Source: an uncultured Thermoplasmata archaeon (lineage in GTDB: Archaea > Thermoplasmatota > Thermoplasmata > Lutacidiplasmatales > UBA184). From it: 64,000 bases of DNA. Within the stretch, counting starts at the first letter, position 1. Each line of letters starts with the position of its first letter. The DNA is taken from the NCBI GenBank assembly GCA_963804525.1, contig CAWDQO010000005.1, positions 738,844 to 802,843 of the forward strand, written 5' to 3'. The notes under the pieces are model-generated. The model did not search any database and was not told where the DNA came from. It was given only the letters and a program-made list of their open reading frames with translations. A program made the translations under genes and the position numbers. This document shows positions 24,118-33,958 of this stretch, in pieces.

Positions 24118-24437
24118 GCATGCCCGGCGACCATTCCGATCGTCCGATGCGAACACTGCCACGGGCGGTTCCTCCGCATCCCGGCCCGTGCCCCCGGTGT
24201 GGCTCGACCGACCTTGTGGCCGGGGAGATCCCGGCGAGCGCCGTCGTCCTCGCCGCGACAGAGCTCCTCGCGCCAGCGGCCGGTTGGACAAGCCCGCACC
24301 GCCTCGTGATCGCCGAGGGAGCGGAGAACGTCCGGATTCTCGCCACCGTCGCCGGTCCGCTCCCCGCGGTCGGCTCGCTCGTCACGGTCCGTCAATCCGG
24401 CGACCGGTACGAAGTCACTGCGACCGGTGCCACGTAG
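24114..24437 (+). CDS. DUF35-type OB-fold/Zn-ribbon protein (thiolase partner)
   Basis: Tail of ORF 22638..24437(+), from ATG 24114 (ATGA overlap with the thiolase stop). CPRCGSTDLVAGEIPASAVVLAATEL...VRILATVAGPLPAVGSLVTV. The position after the thiolase gene is the conserved archaeal arrangement. Confidence 0.65.
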   Translation: MSMPGDHSDRPMRTLPRAVPPHPGPCPRCGSTDLVAGEIPASAVVLAATELLAPAAGWTSPHRLVIAEGAENVRILATVAGPLPAVGSLVTVRQSGDRYEVTATGAT

Positions 24438-24479
24438 GCCCAGGTCGGTGCCCGCTCGACGTCGAGCGAGGAACTAGGA

Positions 24480-24594
24480 CGCGGGGAGGGGGAATTTCCG
24501 GCCGCCGGTCGGTCCCGGCACCCGTTTGAACCCCCGAGGTGAAATCACCACAGGATTAGCAATCCTGCGCCTTACCGGGCTGGGCCATCCCCGC
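24480..24594 (-). tRNA. tRNA-Ser(GCU) with ~31-nt insertion in the T-loop
   Basis: Hand fold on the minus strand: acceptor GCGGGGA/TCCCCGC; D stem GCCC/AGGC; anticodon arm CAGGA-TTGCTAA-TCCTG (anticodon GCT); variable arm GGTG-ATTT-CACC; T stem GGGGG/CCCCC with loop TTCAAA[CGGGTGCCGGGACCGACCGGCGGCCGGAAAT]T. The parts sum to exactly 115 nt. Confidence 0.8.
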
Positions 24595-24619
24595 GCGGTG
24601 CGGCCGAGGTCGGTTCGCT

Positions 24620-24628
24620 CCTTAAAGG
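24620..24628 (-). promoter_or_regulatory. TATA-like box for tRNA-Ser(GCU)
   Basis: Minus strand CCTTTAAGG, centred about 30 nt upstream of the tRNA 5' end at 24594. Confidence 0.45.
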
Positions 24629-24683
24629 TTCGGCCGTCGCCGTCCCTTCGTTATGTAGGAGGCTCGCGGTCGCCGGTGCGGGA

Positions 24684-25660
24684 GTGGGTGGGATGCGGGT
24701 GGCGAAGGCTGGGGTCGTCGGCGCCGGGACGATGGGCGCGGCGATCGCCGAGGTGCTCGCCTTCAACGGAATCCCGGTCGTCCTGACCGATGTCGACGGG
24801 GCCGCGGTCGACCGGGGCCTCGGCCGGATTCGCTTTCTCATCGAGGAGCTCGTCGCCTTCCACGCGACGCGCGCCGACCGCGAGGTCGCCCGGATCGCCG
24901 AGTTGGGCATCGAGCTCTCCGGACCGCAGGTGGCCACGGTGCGGGAGCGCCTTGCGCCCAAGGTCACCCCCGCGCGCGGCGTGGAGATTGCGGCCCGCGT
25001 GCGCGGCACGACCGATTGGGCCGAGTTCTCGGACGTCGACTTCGTCGTGGAGGCGGTCTTCGAGCAGGAGGGCGTGAAGCGGCCCGTCCTCGAGAAGCTC
25101 GACCGGGCCCTGCCGGACCATGCGGTGCTCGGCTCCAACACCTCCTCCCTGTCGATCACGCGGCTCGCGAAAGGGCTCGCCCACGTCCGCCAGACGCTCG
25201 TCACGCACTTCTTCAATCCGCCCGGAACGCTGCCGCTCGTCGAGGTTGCCGGTGGCGTCGACACCCGCGAGGACGTCGTCCTGGAGACGATCGACTTCCT
25301 CCAGGGGCTCCGGAACCACCGATCTCCCCTCGTTCCGATCCGCGTGAAGGAGTCGCCGGGGTTCGTCGTGAACCGGATCCTCCTCCCGGTGCTGAACGAG
25401 GCGTGCTTCGCCCTGGAGGAGGGGCTCGCCTCGTCCCGGGACATCGACCTCGCGATGAAGGCCGGCGCGGGGCTGCCGATGGGGCCGTTCGAGCTCGCGG
25501 ACCTCATCGGCCTCGACGTGACCCTCGAGGTCGCCGAGACCCTCGTCCGGGGAACCGGAGACCCGAAGTACCGCCCAGCGCCCGCGCTCCGGAGGCTCGT
25601 CGACGCCGGCCACTCGGCCGGAAGACCGGGCGCGGCTTCTACGACTACTCGACCGGCTGA
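24684..25660 (+). CDS. 3-hydroxyacyl-CoA dehydrogenase, frame-interrupted near 25613
   Basis: ORF 24684..25967(+) carries VVGAGTMGAAIAEVLAFNGIPVVLTD...NTSSLSIT...GFVVNRIL...PMGPFELADLIGLD...LRRLVDAGH. The canonical ending LGRKTGRGFYDYSTG* is in the frame of ORF 25016..25660. One C appears to be missing in CAC(C)TCGG. Confidence 0.85.
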
Positions 25661-25693
25661 CCGAACCGAGCCGGCGCCGCCAAGCGCCGGCCC

Positions 25694-26266
25694 TCAGGGC
25701 GGAGTGGTTTGTCGGGCCAGTTGGAGCGCGCGGGCGTACCACACGAGAGACTCGAACATCGGTGCGAGTCGCTTGCGCCACTTCTCCGGGTCGTTGGGGC
25801 CCGCGGCGGTGAACTCGGTGGCGACGCTCGGTACGAGGACCGACGCGGGAACCGAGATCGCGGCGACCCCGGGCAGGACGATCCGGAGGCCGTCGATCGC
25901 CCTCGCTCCGCCCGCCATCCCGCCCGCACCCACGAGGCCGAACGGTTTGCGGTTCCACTCGTCGTAGAGGCTGTCGAGGAGGTTCTTCAGGGCCCCCGGG
26001 AACCCGTAGTTGTACTCGGGCGTGACGATGACGAACCCGTCCGCGCGGGCCATCGCCTCGACGAACGGGGCGACCCGGGGGTCCGGGTCCTCGAGTTCCC
26101 ATTCGCGGCGCACGAGATTGCCGAACGGCAGGTCGCGCGGGTCGTAGAGGTGCGTCTTCACCCCGGGTCGCTTGGCGAGCTCCGCGGTCACGAACTCCGC
26201 GACCGGGAAGCTGACACGTGCCTCGCGGACGCTGCCGTAGAGGACCGGAAGGAAGAGGTCGGCCAT
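25694..26266 (-). CDS. NADPH-dependent FMN reductase family protein
   Basis: Tail of ORF 25694..26689(-), from ATG 26266. MADLFLPVLYGSVREARVS...FVIVTPEYNYGFPGALKNLLDSL. Confidence 0.8.
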   Translation of the reverse strand: MADLFLPVLYGSVREARVSFPVAEFVTAELAKRPGVKTHLYDPRDLPFGNLVRREWELEDPDPRVAPFVEAMARADGFVIVTPEYNYGFPGALKNLLDSLYDEWNRKPFGLVGAGGMAGGARAIDGLRIVLPGVAAISVPASVLVPSVATEFTAAGPNDPEKWRKRLAPMFESLVWYARALQLARQTTPP

Positions 26267-26342
26267 GGCGGCGGAACGACGCTCGGGGCTAAACCCCGTC
26301 GGTTCCCCCAACTTAACCACCCGTCGCCCTCGTCCCGACTCG

Positions 26343-26744
26343 ATGCCGAAGTTCCCGTCGGCCGAATGGGCCGAGCTCCTGCGGGCCGCGGTGAACGCCG
26401 ACGCGGCGTACGCCGAGGCGGCCCGCGCGTGGGAGGGGGACGTGCTCCTCCGGGTCCTCCCGGACGACGCCGCGGCGCCACCGCCCGGGATCCACCTCGA
26501 CCTCTCCCACGGGTCGTGCCGGTCGGCCGCGTTCGTGGCCGACAGCCGTCCGGTCGACAGCGAGTTCGTCTTCGAGGCGAGCCGTTCCGATTGGCGGGAG
26601 GTCCTCGAGGGCCGGCTCGAGCCTGTCCCGGCGGTTCTCTCGGGGAAAGTGAAGGTCCGAGGAAACCTCGCCAAGGCGATGCGGTTCACGAAAGCCTCGG
26701 GGCTGCTGATCGCGGCGGCGTCGACGGTCCCGACCGAGTTCTAG
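26343..26744 (+). CDS. SCP2 sterol/lipid-binding domain protein
   Basis: Frame of ORF 26265..26744(+), from ATG 26343. MPKFPSAEWAELLRAAVNAD...EFVFEASRSDWREVLEGRLEPVPAVLSGKVKVRGNLAKAMRF. Confidence 0.75.
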   Translation: MPKFPSAEWAELLRAAVNADAAYAEAARAWEGDVLLRVLPDDAAAPPPGIHLDLSHGSCRSAAFVADSRPVDSEFVFEASRSDWREVLEGRLEPVPAVLSGKVKVRGNLAKAMRFTKASGLLIAAASTVPTEF

Positions 26745-27825
26745 GCGGCTGGCGGAGCGGGGACCGCCGGGCCGGGGCCGGCGGGGACGACGGTGCCGCA
26801 GGGGGAGCGAGAGGCTTGGCGGGGGCGGGAGCGGCGGACTTGACCGCGGTGGCGGGCGCCCCGGGAGGGCCGATGGCCGCCCCCACCGATTTGACGGGAG
26901 GCGTCGGCGGCTTGGGGGGCGGCGGCATCAGCAGCCGCTTGTAGAACGCGACGATGTGGGCCCACGTCGCCTCGGCCCGGTTCTGGTCGTACGCGCGGAG
27001 GTCCCGCGAGAGGAAGTCGTGGCCGACCTCGGTCACGGCGTCGAACTCGACCTGCTTCGGGATGACCTTCTCGAGCTGGGCGCGCGCGGAGGCGGCGACC
27101 TTGTCGCGGGTGCCGGCGACGAAGAACACCTTCGCGGTGACGAGCGTGAGGGCGTCCGGGGGAGCGAGGGGGCCGGGTAGGCGACCGCCACCGCGGTCAG
27201 CTTTTGGTCGAGGCCGGCGAGTGCGAGCGCGAGCGACCCGCCGTACGAGAGGCCGAACACCGCCGTCCGGTCCGGGTCGACCATTTCCCGGCCTCGGAGG
27301 TAGGTCAGGGCGTCGGCGTAGTCCTCCGTCAACTTCGACACCCTCGGGGAGGTCACCGCGAGTCCCCCCTTGGTCCGGAGGCCGATCCGAGTACCTGAGA
27401 TGGTCACCGGGGCCGAACAGGCTGGTCTTGCCGAGGTCCGGGACCAGGACCTCGAACCCCTCGCGGGCGAAATGGATCGCGGCGTCGAGGAGGGCGGTCG
27501 TGATCCCGTACACTTCCGGTGTGATCAGGATCCCCGGATGCCGGACGACCTTCGTCGGACGGAGCGCCAGGGCGTACGCCGCGCCGGAGGGAACGGCGTC
27601 GGTGGGGAACGAGACGGTCTCGCTCCGGTACGGGGGAAGCGGCGCGCCGGGCTTCTGCTCCGACCCGGTCCAGGTCTTGTTGAGGAAGTCGATGACGCAG
27701 AGCTTGTACCGCTCCTTCTGCAGGACGATGACCGCCTGCCGCTTCCCGCAGATGTCACAAACGCCGATGACCCCGCTCCCGAACTCGAGGTCCGGGGTCT
27801 TCAGCATCAGGTCGTCGTCGCGCAT
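26686..27825 (-). CDS. Dienelactone-hydrolase-family protein with Cys-containing N-terminal extension and Pro-rich tail; frame-interrupted twice
   Basis: The ends are in ORF 26686..27825(-) (ILITPEVYGITTALLDAAIHFAREGFEVLVPDL ... VFFVAGTRDKVA...VGHDF). The middle is in ORF 27033..27407(-) (DYADALTYLRGREMVDPDRTAVFGLSYGGSLALALAG). The breaks are near 27395 and 27170. Confidence 0.75.
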   Translation of the reverse strand: MRDDDLMLKTPDLEFGSGVIGVCDICGKRQAVIVLQKERYKLCVIDFLNKTWTGSEQKPGAPLPPYRSETVSFPTDAVPSGAAYALALRPTKVVRHPGILITPEVYGITTALLDAAIHFAREGFEVLVPDLGKTSLFGPGDHLRYSDRPPDQGGTRGDLPEGVEVDGGLRRRPDLPPRPGNGRPGPDGGVRPLVRRVARARTRRPRPKADRGGGRLPGPLAPPDALTLVTAKVFFVAGTRDKVAASARAQLEKVIPKQVEFDAVTEVGHDFLSRDLRAYDQNRAEATWAHIVAFYKRLLMPPPPKPPTPPVKSVGAAIGPPGAPATAVKSAAPAPAKPLAPPAAPSSPPAPARRSPLRQPPRTRSGPSTPPRSAAPRLS

Positions 27826-27829
27826 CCGG

Positions 27830-28287
27830 TCAGCCTCTCGCCGCAGGACGACGACCGAGCGGGGTGCGGGCTTTAACCATTGCCCGGCCCGGGGCGAGGC
27901 CCGTCGGGAGTTTCAGGTCGAGACGGGACCGGTCGCGGGGGGCGAGGACGGCGACCCCGTGCGCTCGGAGACGAGCCTGGAACGCCCGGTCCGAGGTCGC
28001 GACCACCGCGCCCTTCCCCGTGGCGGCGGCCAGGACGCCCGCGTCGCCCCGGCCCCGGACCGGGAACGGCGGCCATCGGTTCGCGAGAGAACGGGCGGCC
28101 GACGCGTGGGGGATGTTCCGTGCGACGAGACGGTCGAGCTCGGCGAGCGCCGACGTGGCGACCACGACGCGGGCTCCGGCGGGGAAGATCCGGCCGACCT
28201 CCGCGTCGATCCGGACCCCGTGGGTGAACGGCCAGAAGAGCGCGTTGGCGTCCAGGACGACGAGGGTCTCGCCGTCCGGGGGGTCAC
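27830..28287 (-). CDS. PIN-domain nuclease, start separated from body by a frame break in a G6 run
   Basis: ORF 27830..28165(-) plus my upstream translation: DGETLVVLDANALFWPFTHGVRIDAEVGRIFPAGARVVVATSALAELD...AVVATSDRAFQARLRAHGVAVL. The only start is GTG 28287 (GTGA overlap with the acs stop). It is one frame off, across the GGGGGG run at 28278-28283. Confidence 0.65.
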
Positions 28288-29903
28288 GGGCGACGGAGGG
28301 CGATCCCGAGCGCTTCGCGGTCGTACTGTTCGCCTCCGGTCCGCTGGCGTAGGACGTAGCGTTGGGCCTTCTGGTTCGCGGTCTTCGGGACCTCGACGAG
28401 GAACTCGAGGTACCGGGGGACCATGAAGAACGGCAGGTGCTCGTTGCAGAACCGGAACAGGTCCTCGGCGCTCGCCGACGCGCCGGGCCGGAGCTGGACG
28501 AACGCCTTCACGTCCTCCTCGCCGAGCGGGGACGGGACCCCGACCACCACCGACTCGAACACCGCGGGGTGCCGGTTGAGGACGCTCTCGACGTCGTACG
28601 GGGCTAGGTTCTCCCCGCGGCGCCGGATCACGTCCTTCTTCCGGTCGACGAAATAGTAGTACCCGTCCCCGTCCCGCGTCACGTAGTCGCCGGTGTGGAA
28701 CCAGAGGTTCCGCCACGCCTCGACGGTCTGCTCCGGCTTGTTGCGGTACCCGAGGAACATCGTGTACGGGGCGCTCGGGCGGACGACGAGCTCGCCGCGG
28801 ACGTTCGGCCCGACCGGCTCATCGGCGTCGTCGACCACCTGGGCCTCCACGAACCCGAGCGGCGTGCCCACCGACCCGACCCGGACCCGGTCGGGCGGGT
28901 TCATGAGCGTCGTGCAGCCGCACTCGGTCATCCCGTAGAGCTCGATGATCGAGAGGCCGAACCGACGCTCGAACTCCGGCCAGACCTCGCGCGTGGTGCC
29001 GGCCGTGAGCGCGGTCCCGACCGTGTGCGTCCGGTCGGTGGGACGCTCGGGCTGCTTGAACAGGACGTTGATCATCGAGATCAGCAGGGAGACGTGGGTC
29101 GCGCCGAACGTCGCGGCCGTCTCCCAGAAGCCGGTCGCATGGAACCGCTCGTCGAAGGCGGCCGTGAGGTCGTACTCGAGCGCCGTGAGGGACGTCATCT
29201 CCTGGGCGTTGCAGTGGAACAGCGGGAGGGCGCTGAACAGGACCGACCCCGGGGTCAACCGGCTCCGGGCGCCGATCTCGCGCGGGGTCCGGAGGTACTT
29301 CTCGTGGGGGATGACCGCCCCTTTCGGCGGGCCGGTCGTGCCGCTCGTGTAGAGGATCGCCGCCGGGTCCCCGCCGGTCAGCGGGGTGGAGGCGACCGGA
29401 GCCCGGCGCTCCTCCAGTTCGGACCAGGCGCGGAGCCCGGGGGGAAACGGATTGTCCGAGGCCTCCGCGTCGACGACCCACTCGGTCCCGATGGCGAGTC
29501 CGGGACGGAGCGGCTCGTAGGCGGACCAGAGCCGTCGGTCGACGACGAGCCCCTTCGGCTCGGCGTCGGCGAGCTCGTACCGGAGGATCTCCCCCTTGAG
29601 GGCCGTGTTCAGCGGAACGGCGACCGCGCCCAGCTTCGCGAGGCCGAGCCACGCGAGGACGAACTCCGGGCCGTTGAGGAGGAGCAGGGCGACCCGGTCG
29701 GTCCGGCCGATCCCGGCCTCGACGAGATTTGCCGCGACCCGGTCGGTCGCCTCGTCGAGCTGCTCGTAGGTGAGGGTCCGTCGGGCGAACCGGACCGCGG
29801 GGCGGGTCCCGTTCTTCCGCGCCTTCGCACGGACGAGGGTGGCGAGGTCGTGGTAGACCTCCTCCGCCTCCAGCATCCGGGCCGGCGAGGCGCCCACGCC
29901 CAT
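28284..29903 (-). CDS. AMP-forming acyl-CoA synthetase / fatty-acid-CoA ligase
   Basis: ORF 28284..29903(-), 539 aa, intact. AMP-binding motif ILYTSGTTGPPKGAV; YGMTECG; TGDYVTRDGDGYYYFVDRKKDVIRRRGENL. Confidence 0.9.
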   Translation of the reverse strand: MGVGASPARMLEAEEVYHDLATLVRAKARKNGTRPAVRFARRTLTYEQLDEATDRVAANLVEAGIGRTDRVALLLLNGPEFVLAWLGLAKLGAVAVPLNTALKGEILRYELADAEPKGLVVDRRLWSAYEPLRPGLAIGTEWVVDAEASDNPFPPGLRAWSELEERRAPVASTPLTGGDPAAILYTSGTTGPPKGAVIPHEKYLRTPREIGARSRLTPGSVLFSALPLFHCNAQEMTSLTALEYDLTAAFDERFHATGFWETAATFGATHVSLLISMINVLFKQPERPTDRTHTVGTALTAGTTREVWPEFERRFGLSIIELYGMTECGCTTLMNPPDRVRVGSVGTPLGFVEAQVVDDADEPVGPNVRGELVVRPSAPYTMFLGYRNKPEQTVEAWRNLWFHTGDYVTRDGDGYYYFVDRKKDVIRRRGENLAPYDVESVLNRHPAVFESVVVGVPSPLGEEDVKAFVQLRPGASASAEDLFRFCNEHLPFFMVPRYLEFLVEVPKTANQKAQRYVLRQRTGGEQYDREALGIALRRP

Positions 29904-29978
29904 AAGCGCGCGGGCGACGCCGGTCCGCGCGAGCCGTTAAACTCCCCGGCGCGACTCGCGTCGGCAGGGGCGGCACCG

Positions 29979-30434
29979 ATGCGAAGGTCGAGCCAGGAGT
30001 TCCGGAACGACCGGCCCGCCCGCGCCGAGCTCGCCGCGGGTGCGGCGGTCGTCGACCCCGTCCGGCGGGAGCTCCTCCTCCTCCACCTGACCGAAGAGGA
30101 CCGGTGGTGCTTCCCGAAGGGGCACGTTGAGTCCGGGGAGTCGGTCGAGGTCGCCGCGTCCCGCGAGCTCGAGGAGGAGACGGGGCTCGCCGGCCTCGTC
30201 CTTGGCCCCGAGATCGGCCAGGTGACCTACCGGTTCTACCAACCAAAGAAGGACCGGAGCGTCGTCAAGACCGTCGTCTACTTCCTCGTCACCGCGCCGG
30301 TCCGGCCGGTCCGCCCGGAGCACCTGTTCGACCGGGCCGAATGGGTCCCGCTCGCCGTCGCCCGCGACCGGCTCGAGTTCGACGCCGACCGGGCGGTCCT
30401 CGACCTCGTTGAAAAGTGGCTCGCGACGCACTGA
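29979..30434 (+). CDS. NUDIX hydrolase
   Basis: Tail of ORF 28695..30434(+), from ATG 29979. Nudix box GHVESGESVEVAASRELEEETGL. Confidence 0.8.
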   Translation: MRRSSQEFRNDRPARAELAAGAAVVDPVRRELLLLHLTEEDRWCFPKGHVESGESVEVAASRELEEETGLAGLVLGPEIGQVTYRFYQPKKDRSVVKTVVYFLVTAPVRPVRPEHLFDRAEWVPLAVARDRLEFDADRAVLDLVEKWLATH

Positions 30435-30509
30435 GCGCTTCCCTGCCAAACGACCGCGGGAAAAGGTTGGAGGACCGGGGGCCGAAGCCCCCGGTCCCTG
30501 GGCACGACC

Positions 30510-31908
30510 CTACGGTCCGCCGCTCGGGGGACTGGGGGGCGTCGGGCCCTGCGGGGGCGGGAGCCCCTGGGACGACGGCACCTGCTGGCTGTACCCGCCG
30601 ACGAGGCGCCCGCCGGACTTCCGCCGGGACCAGCTGCGGTACTCGACCACGCCGACCGACCCGACGGCCGCCACTGCGACCAGCCCGACGACGAGGAGCG
30701 GCAGGATCGACCCCGCCACGCCTCCCGTCGAGCCGCCGCCGCAGCTGCCCTGCAGGCACGAAGCGTCGTACTGGGCCGTCGCGACGCTCTCCGGCTGGCC
30801 CTGGACGGTCGCCTGGGACGGGGTCGGACCCGCCTGGGACGCCGTCGCGGTCACCGTGGCGCTCGACGCGAGGCTCTCGTCCTCACCCTGGTAGCTCGTC
30901 GCCGAAGCGACGACCTGGACCGAGTGGGTCGGGGCGTTGAGGGCGAGGTCGAGACGGTCGGTCGCGACCGACTCGCTACCGATGTTCGCGCCCGCGAATA
31001 CGTGGCCGCCGGCCCCGAAGATCTCGAAGCCGTGGGGCACCAGGATGAACCCGTCGACGTCGTCGAACGGACCGGTGATCTGGATCGCGATCACCGGGAC
31101 CGTGCGGCCGTTCGCGAGCGTCACGGTCCCGAGGTCGGTCCCGATCAGGGTGACCGTACCGGTGCCGGTGACGCTGCCGTTGGGGTTCCCGGACCCGCTC
31201 GAGTTGACCCCGAAGAGGCCCGAGTTGCTCCACTGGTATGCGAGCGACCACGTCCCGCTCGCCGTGTAGGCGGCGGTCGAGTTCCACGTCGCGCCGGTCG
31301 TGAGGTTCCACGGCACGAGACCGAACGACGGCGAGAACGACACGGCGCTCTGCGAGCTGCCGCGCGCGTCGAGGTGGCCCGACGCGGTCTTGCCGAGGTA
31401 GGTCAGCGAGTACGACTCCGTCAGGTTCGACGCGCCCCGGGCGGAGGCGTTGTCGATCCCGACCGCGCTCACGGGCGTACCGTTCTCGTACACCTGGGCG
31501 GTCGCGCTCAGATTCGCGAACCCGGTCTCGGACTCATGGCCCTGGATCGACAGGTTGCCGGAGGCCCGCGCGCCGTTGTACTGCGCGAAGAGGTCGGCCG
31601 CCATCGTCCGCTGGGCCTCGAGTTCCACGGTGCCCGCGCTCGTGTTCGTCGCGGTGTAGATCACCTGCCAGCCGAAGAACGCGTGCGACTGGTACGTCGC
31701 GTTCCCCAACTGCGCGGAGACGTTCACCCACTTTTCGCCGCCGTACGCCCACTGCTGGCTCGTCGACGCGCTCGCGGCGGTCGAAGGGCCGGGCAGCGGC
31801 GACGGGGGCGGCGCCCGCCGTCGCGGCGAGCACCGGGAGGACCAGTACCATCGCCGCGACGACGCCGAGCGTCGCCAACATGCCCATCGTTCGTCCGTTT
31901 CGCTGCAT
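30510..31908 (-). CDS. Secreted, C-terminally anchored glycoprotein (sequon-rich), signal peptide in a different frame
   Basis: The body is ORF 30510..31970(-): many N-x-S/T sequons (NATY, NTSA, NLSI, NGTP, NASA, NLTE...) and a C-terminal TM helix [21 protein letters not shown]. The signal peptide [28 protein letters not shown] is in ORF 31534..31908(-). They join at the G5 run at 31804-31808. Confidence 0.7.
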
Positions 31909-32037
31909 TCCGTTCTCCTGTGGGACCGCCTCTCGCCGTCCCGAACGAAGCGAGCCCGGTTTTTCGACATAAACCCCCGTCCCGGGAGGTTGGGGGGTCT
32001 CGGGACGGTGTGCTAGGCCGTCGCAGCCGGGGTCCGG

Positions 32038-33730
32038 TCATCGCCCGGCCGACGGCCGGTCGGTCACCCCGGGGATCCAGAACCTCGCTGTCTTGGCAAC
32101 TTCGAGCGAGGTCTCGTACCCCGCATCGGTATGCCGGGCCACCCCGAGTCCCGGGTCGTTGTGAAGGACACGTCCGATCCGACGGTCGGCCTGAGTCGTG
32201 CCGTCGGCGACGACCACGAGACCGGCGTGGATCGAGTTCCCGATCCCCGTGCCGCCCCCGTGGTGGACCGAGACCCACGACGACCCGGAGACCGCGTTGA
32301 GGAGGGCGTTGAGGATCGGCCAATCGGCGATGGCGTCCGAGCCGTCCTTCATCCGCTCGGTCTCCCGGTACGGGCTGGCGACGCTGCCGGTGTCGTGGTG
32401 GTCCCGCCCGATCGCGACGGGAGCGGCGAGCGCTCCCGAGCGGACGAGGTCGTTCACGAGGTGGCCGAACCGCTCTCGGTCGCCGTACCCCATGTAGCAG
32501 ATCCGGGCGGGCAGTCCCTGGAAGTGGACCCGCTCGCCGGCGAGCCGGATCCACCGGGAGAGGTCCGGGTTGGACGCGAACTCGGTGAGGAGCACTCGGT
32601 CCACCCTCGCGATGTCGGCCGGGTCCCCGGACAGGGCGACCCAACGGAACGGGCCACTCCCCACGGCGAACAGGGGTCGGATGTAGGCGGGGACGTACCC
32701 GGGGATGTCGAACGCGTCCGTGACGCCGGCGTCCCGGGCCTGGGTACGAAAGTTGTTGCCGTAATCGAACGTCTTCGCGCCCCGGCGGCGGAGTTCGAGA
32801 ATCGCCCGGGCCTCGACGGCGATTGACTCGCGGACTTCCCGAAGATAGGCGTCCCGGTCGGCTCGCGCGCGCCACCGCGGCGCGCTCCGGCGTGAATCCG
32901 ACCGGGAGGTAGCCGACCTCGATGTCGTGGGCCGCGGTCTGGTCGGACACGATGTCCGGGAGAACCCCGCGCCGGACGAGCTCGGGGTAGACGACGGCGG
33001 CGTTCGCACACAGCCCGACGGAGCGGGGCCGTCGTTCGGAGGCGGCCTCGCGGACCCGGGTGACAGCGTCGTCCAACGACGCCGCCTCCTCGTCGAGGTA
33101 GCCGTTCGCGAGCCGGCGCGCGAGCGCACGGGGGTCCACGTCCACGATCAGCGCGGCCCCGCCGAGCATCGTGACGGCGAGCGGCTGGGCACCGCCCATC
33201 TCGCCGAGCCCGCTCGTGAGCATCCATTTGCCCGCGAGGTCGGGCTGGCCGAACTCGATCCGCGCCAACGACGCGAGGGTCTCGTACGTCCCCTGGAGGA
33301 TTCCCTGCGTACCGATGTAGATCCAGCTCCCGGCGGTCATCTGGCCATACATCGTCAGCCCCCGGGCCTCGAGCGGCCAGAACTCGGCGTCGGTCGCCCA
33401 GTGCGGGACGATCATGGCGTTCGAGATGAGTACGCGGGGAGCCTCGGCGTGGGTCGGGAAAACACCGACCGGCTTTCCCGACTGGACGAGGAGCGTCTCT
33501 TCGTTTCCGAGGACCTTCAGGGTGGCGACGATCTGGTCGTAGGCCGCCCAGTTCCGCGCCGCTTTGCCGCGACCTCCATAGACGATCAGATGCGCCGGGT
33601 CCCGGGCCACGTCCGGGTCGAGGTTGTTCATCAAGAGCCGAAGGGCGGCCTCCTGGCTCCACCCACGGCACGCGAGGGTCGGACCGCGAGGGGCGTGGAT
33701 CGGTTCCCGTCTCACGTCGTCCATGGCCAC
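32038..33730 (-). CDS. hutU: Urocanate hydratase, frame-interrupted near 32865
   Basis: The N-terminal part is in ORF 31724..33730(-) ([24 protein letters not shown]...[12 protein letters not shown]...[24 protein letters not shown]). The C-terminal part is in ORF 32038..33129(-) ([10 protein letters not shown]...[11 protein letters not shown]...[20 protein letters not shown]...[12 protein letters not shown]). The break falls in a GCGCGCGCG tract. Confidence 0.9.
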
Positions 33731-33927
33731 CCGCCACCGAGGCTCGGAGCCTTGAAAGGTTGCGCGGGCTTAGGCGGGCCGACGGGGGCTGGGATTGGCG
33801 GGACAACGGGTCGTCGCGCAACGTCCCACGCCCCCTCGTCGCAGCGAACGCGGGCGGACGGCGTGGGGCCCACCACGACGGGGAAACGCTGCCGTCCGAC
33901 GTGTCTTCGTCGTATCTTTGACGGTCC

Positions 33928-33934
33928 CTTATAC
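33928..33934 (+). promoter_or_regulatory. TATA-like box for the PKD/GNGS glycoprotein operon
   Basis: CTTATAC, centred about 28 nt upstream of ATG 33959. Confidence 0.45.
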
Positions 33935-33958
33935 CCCGCTGGCACGCCAGAATCGTCC

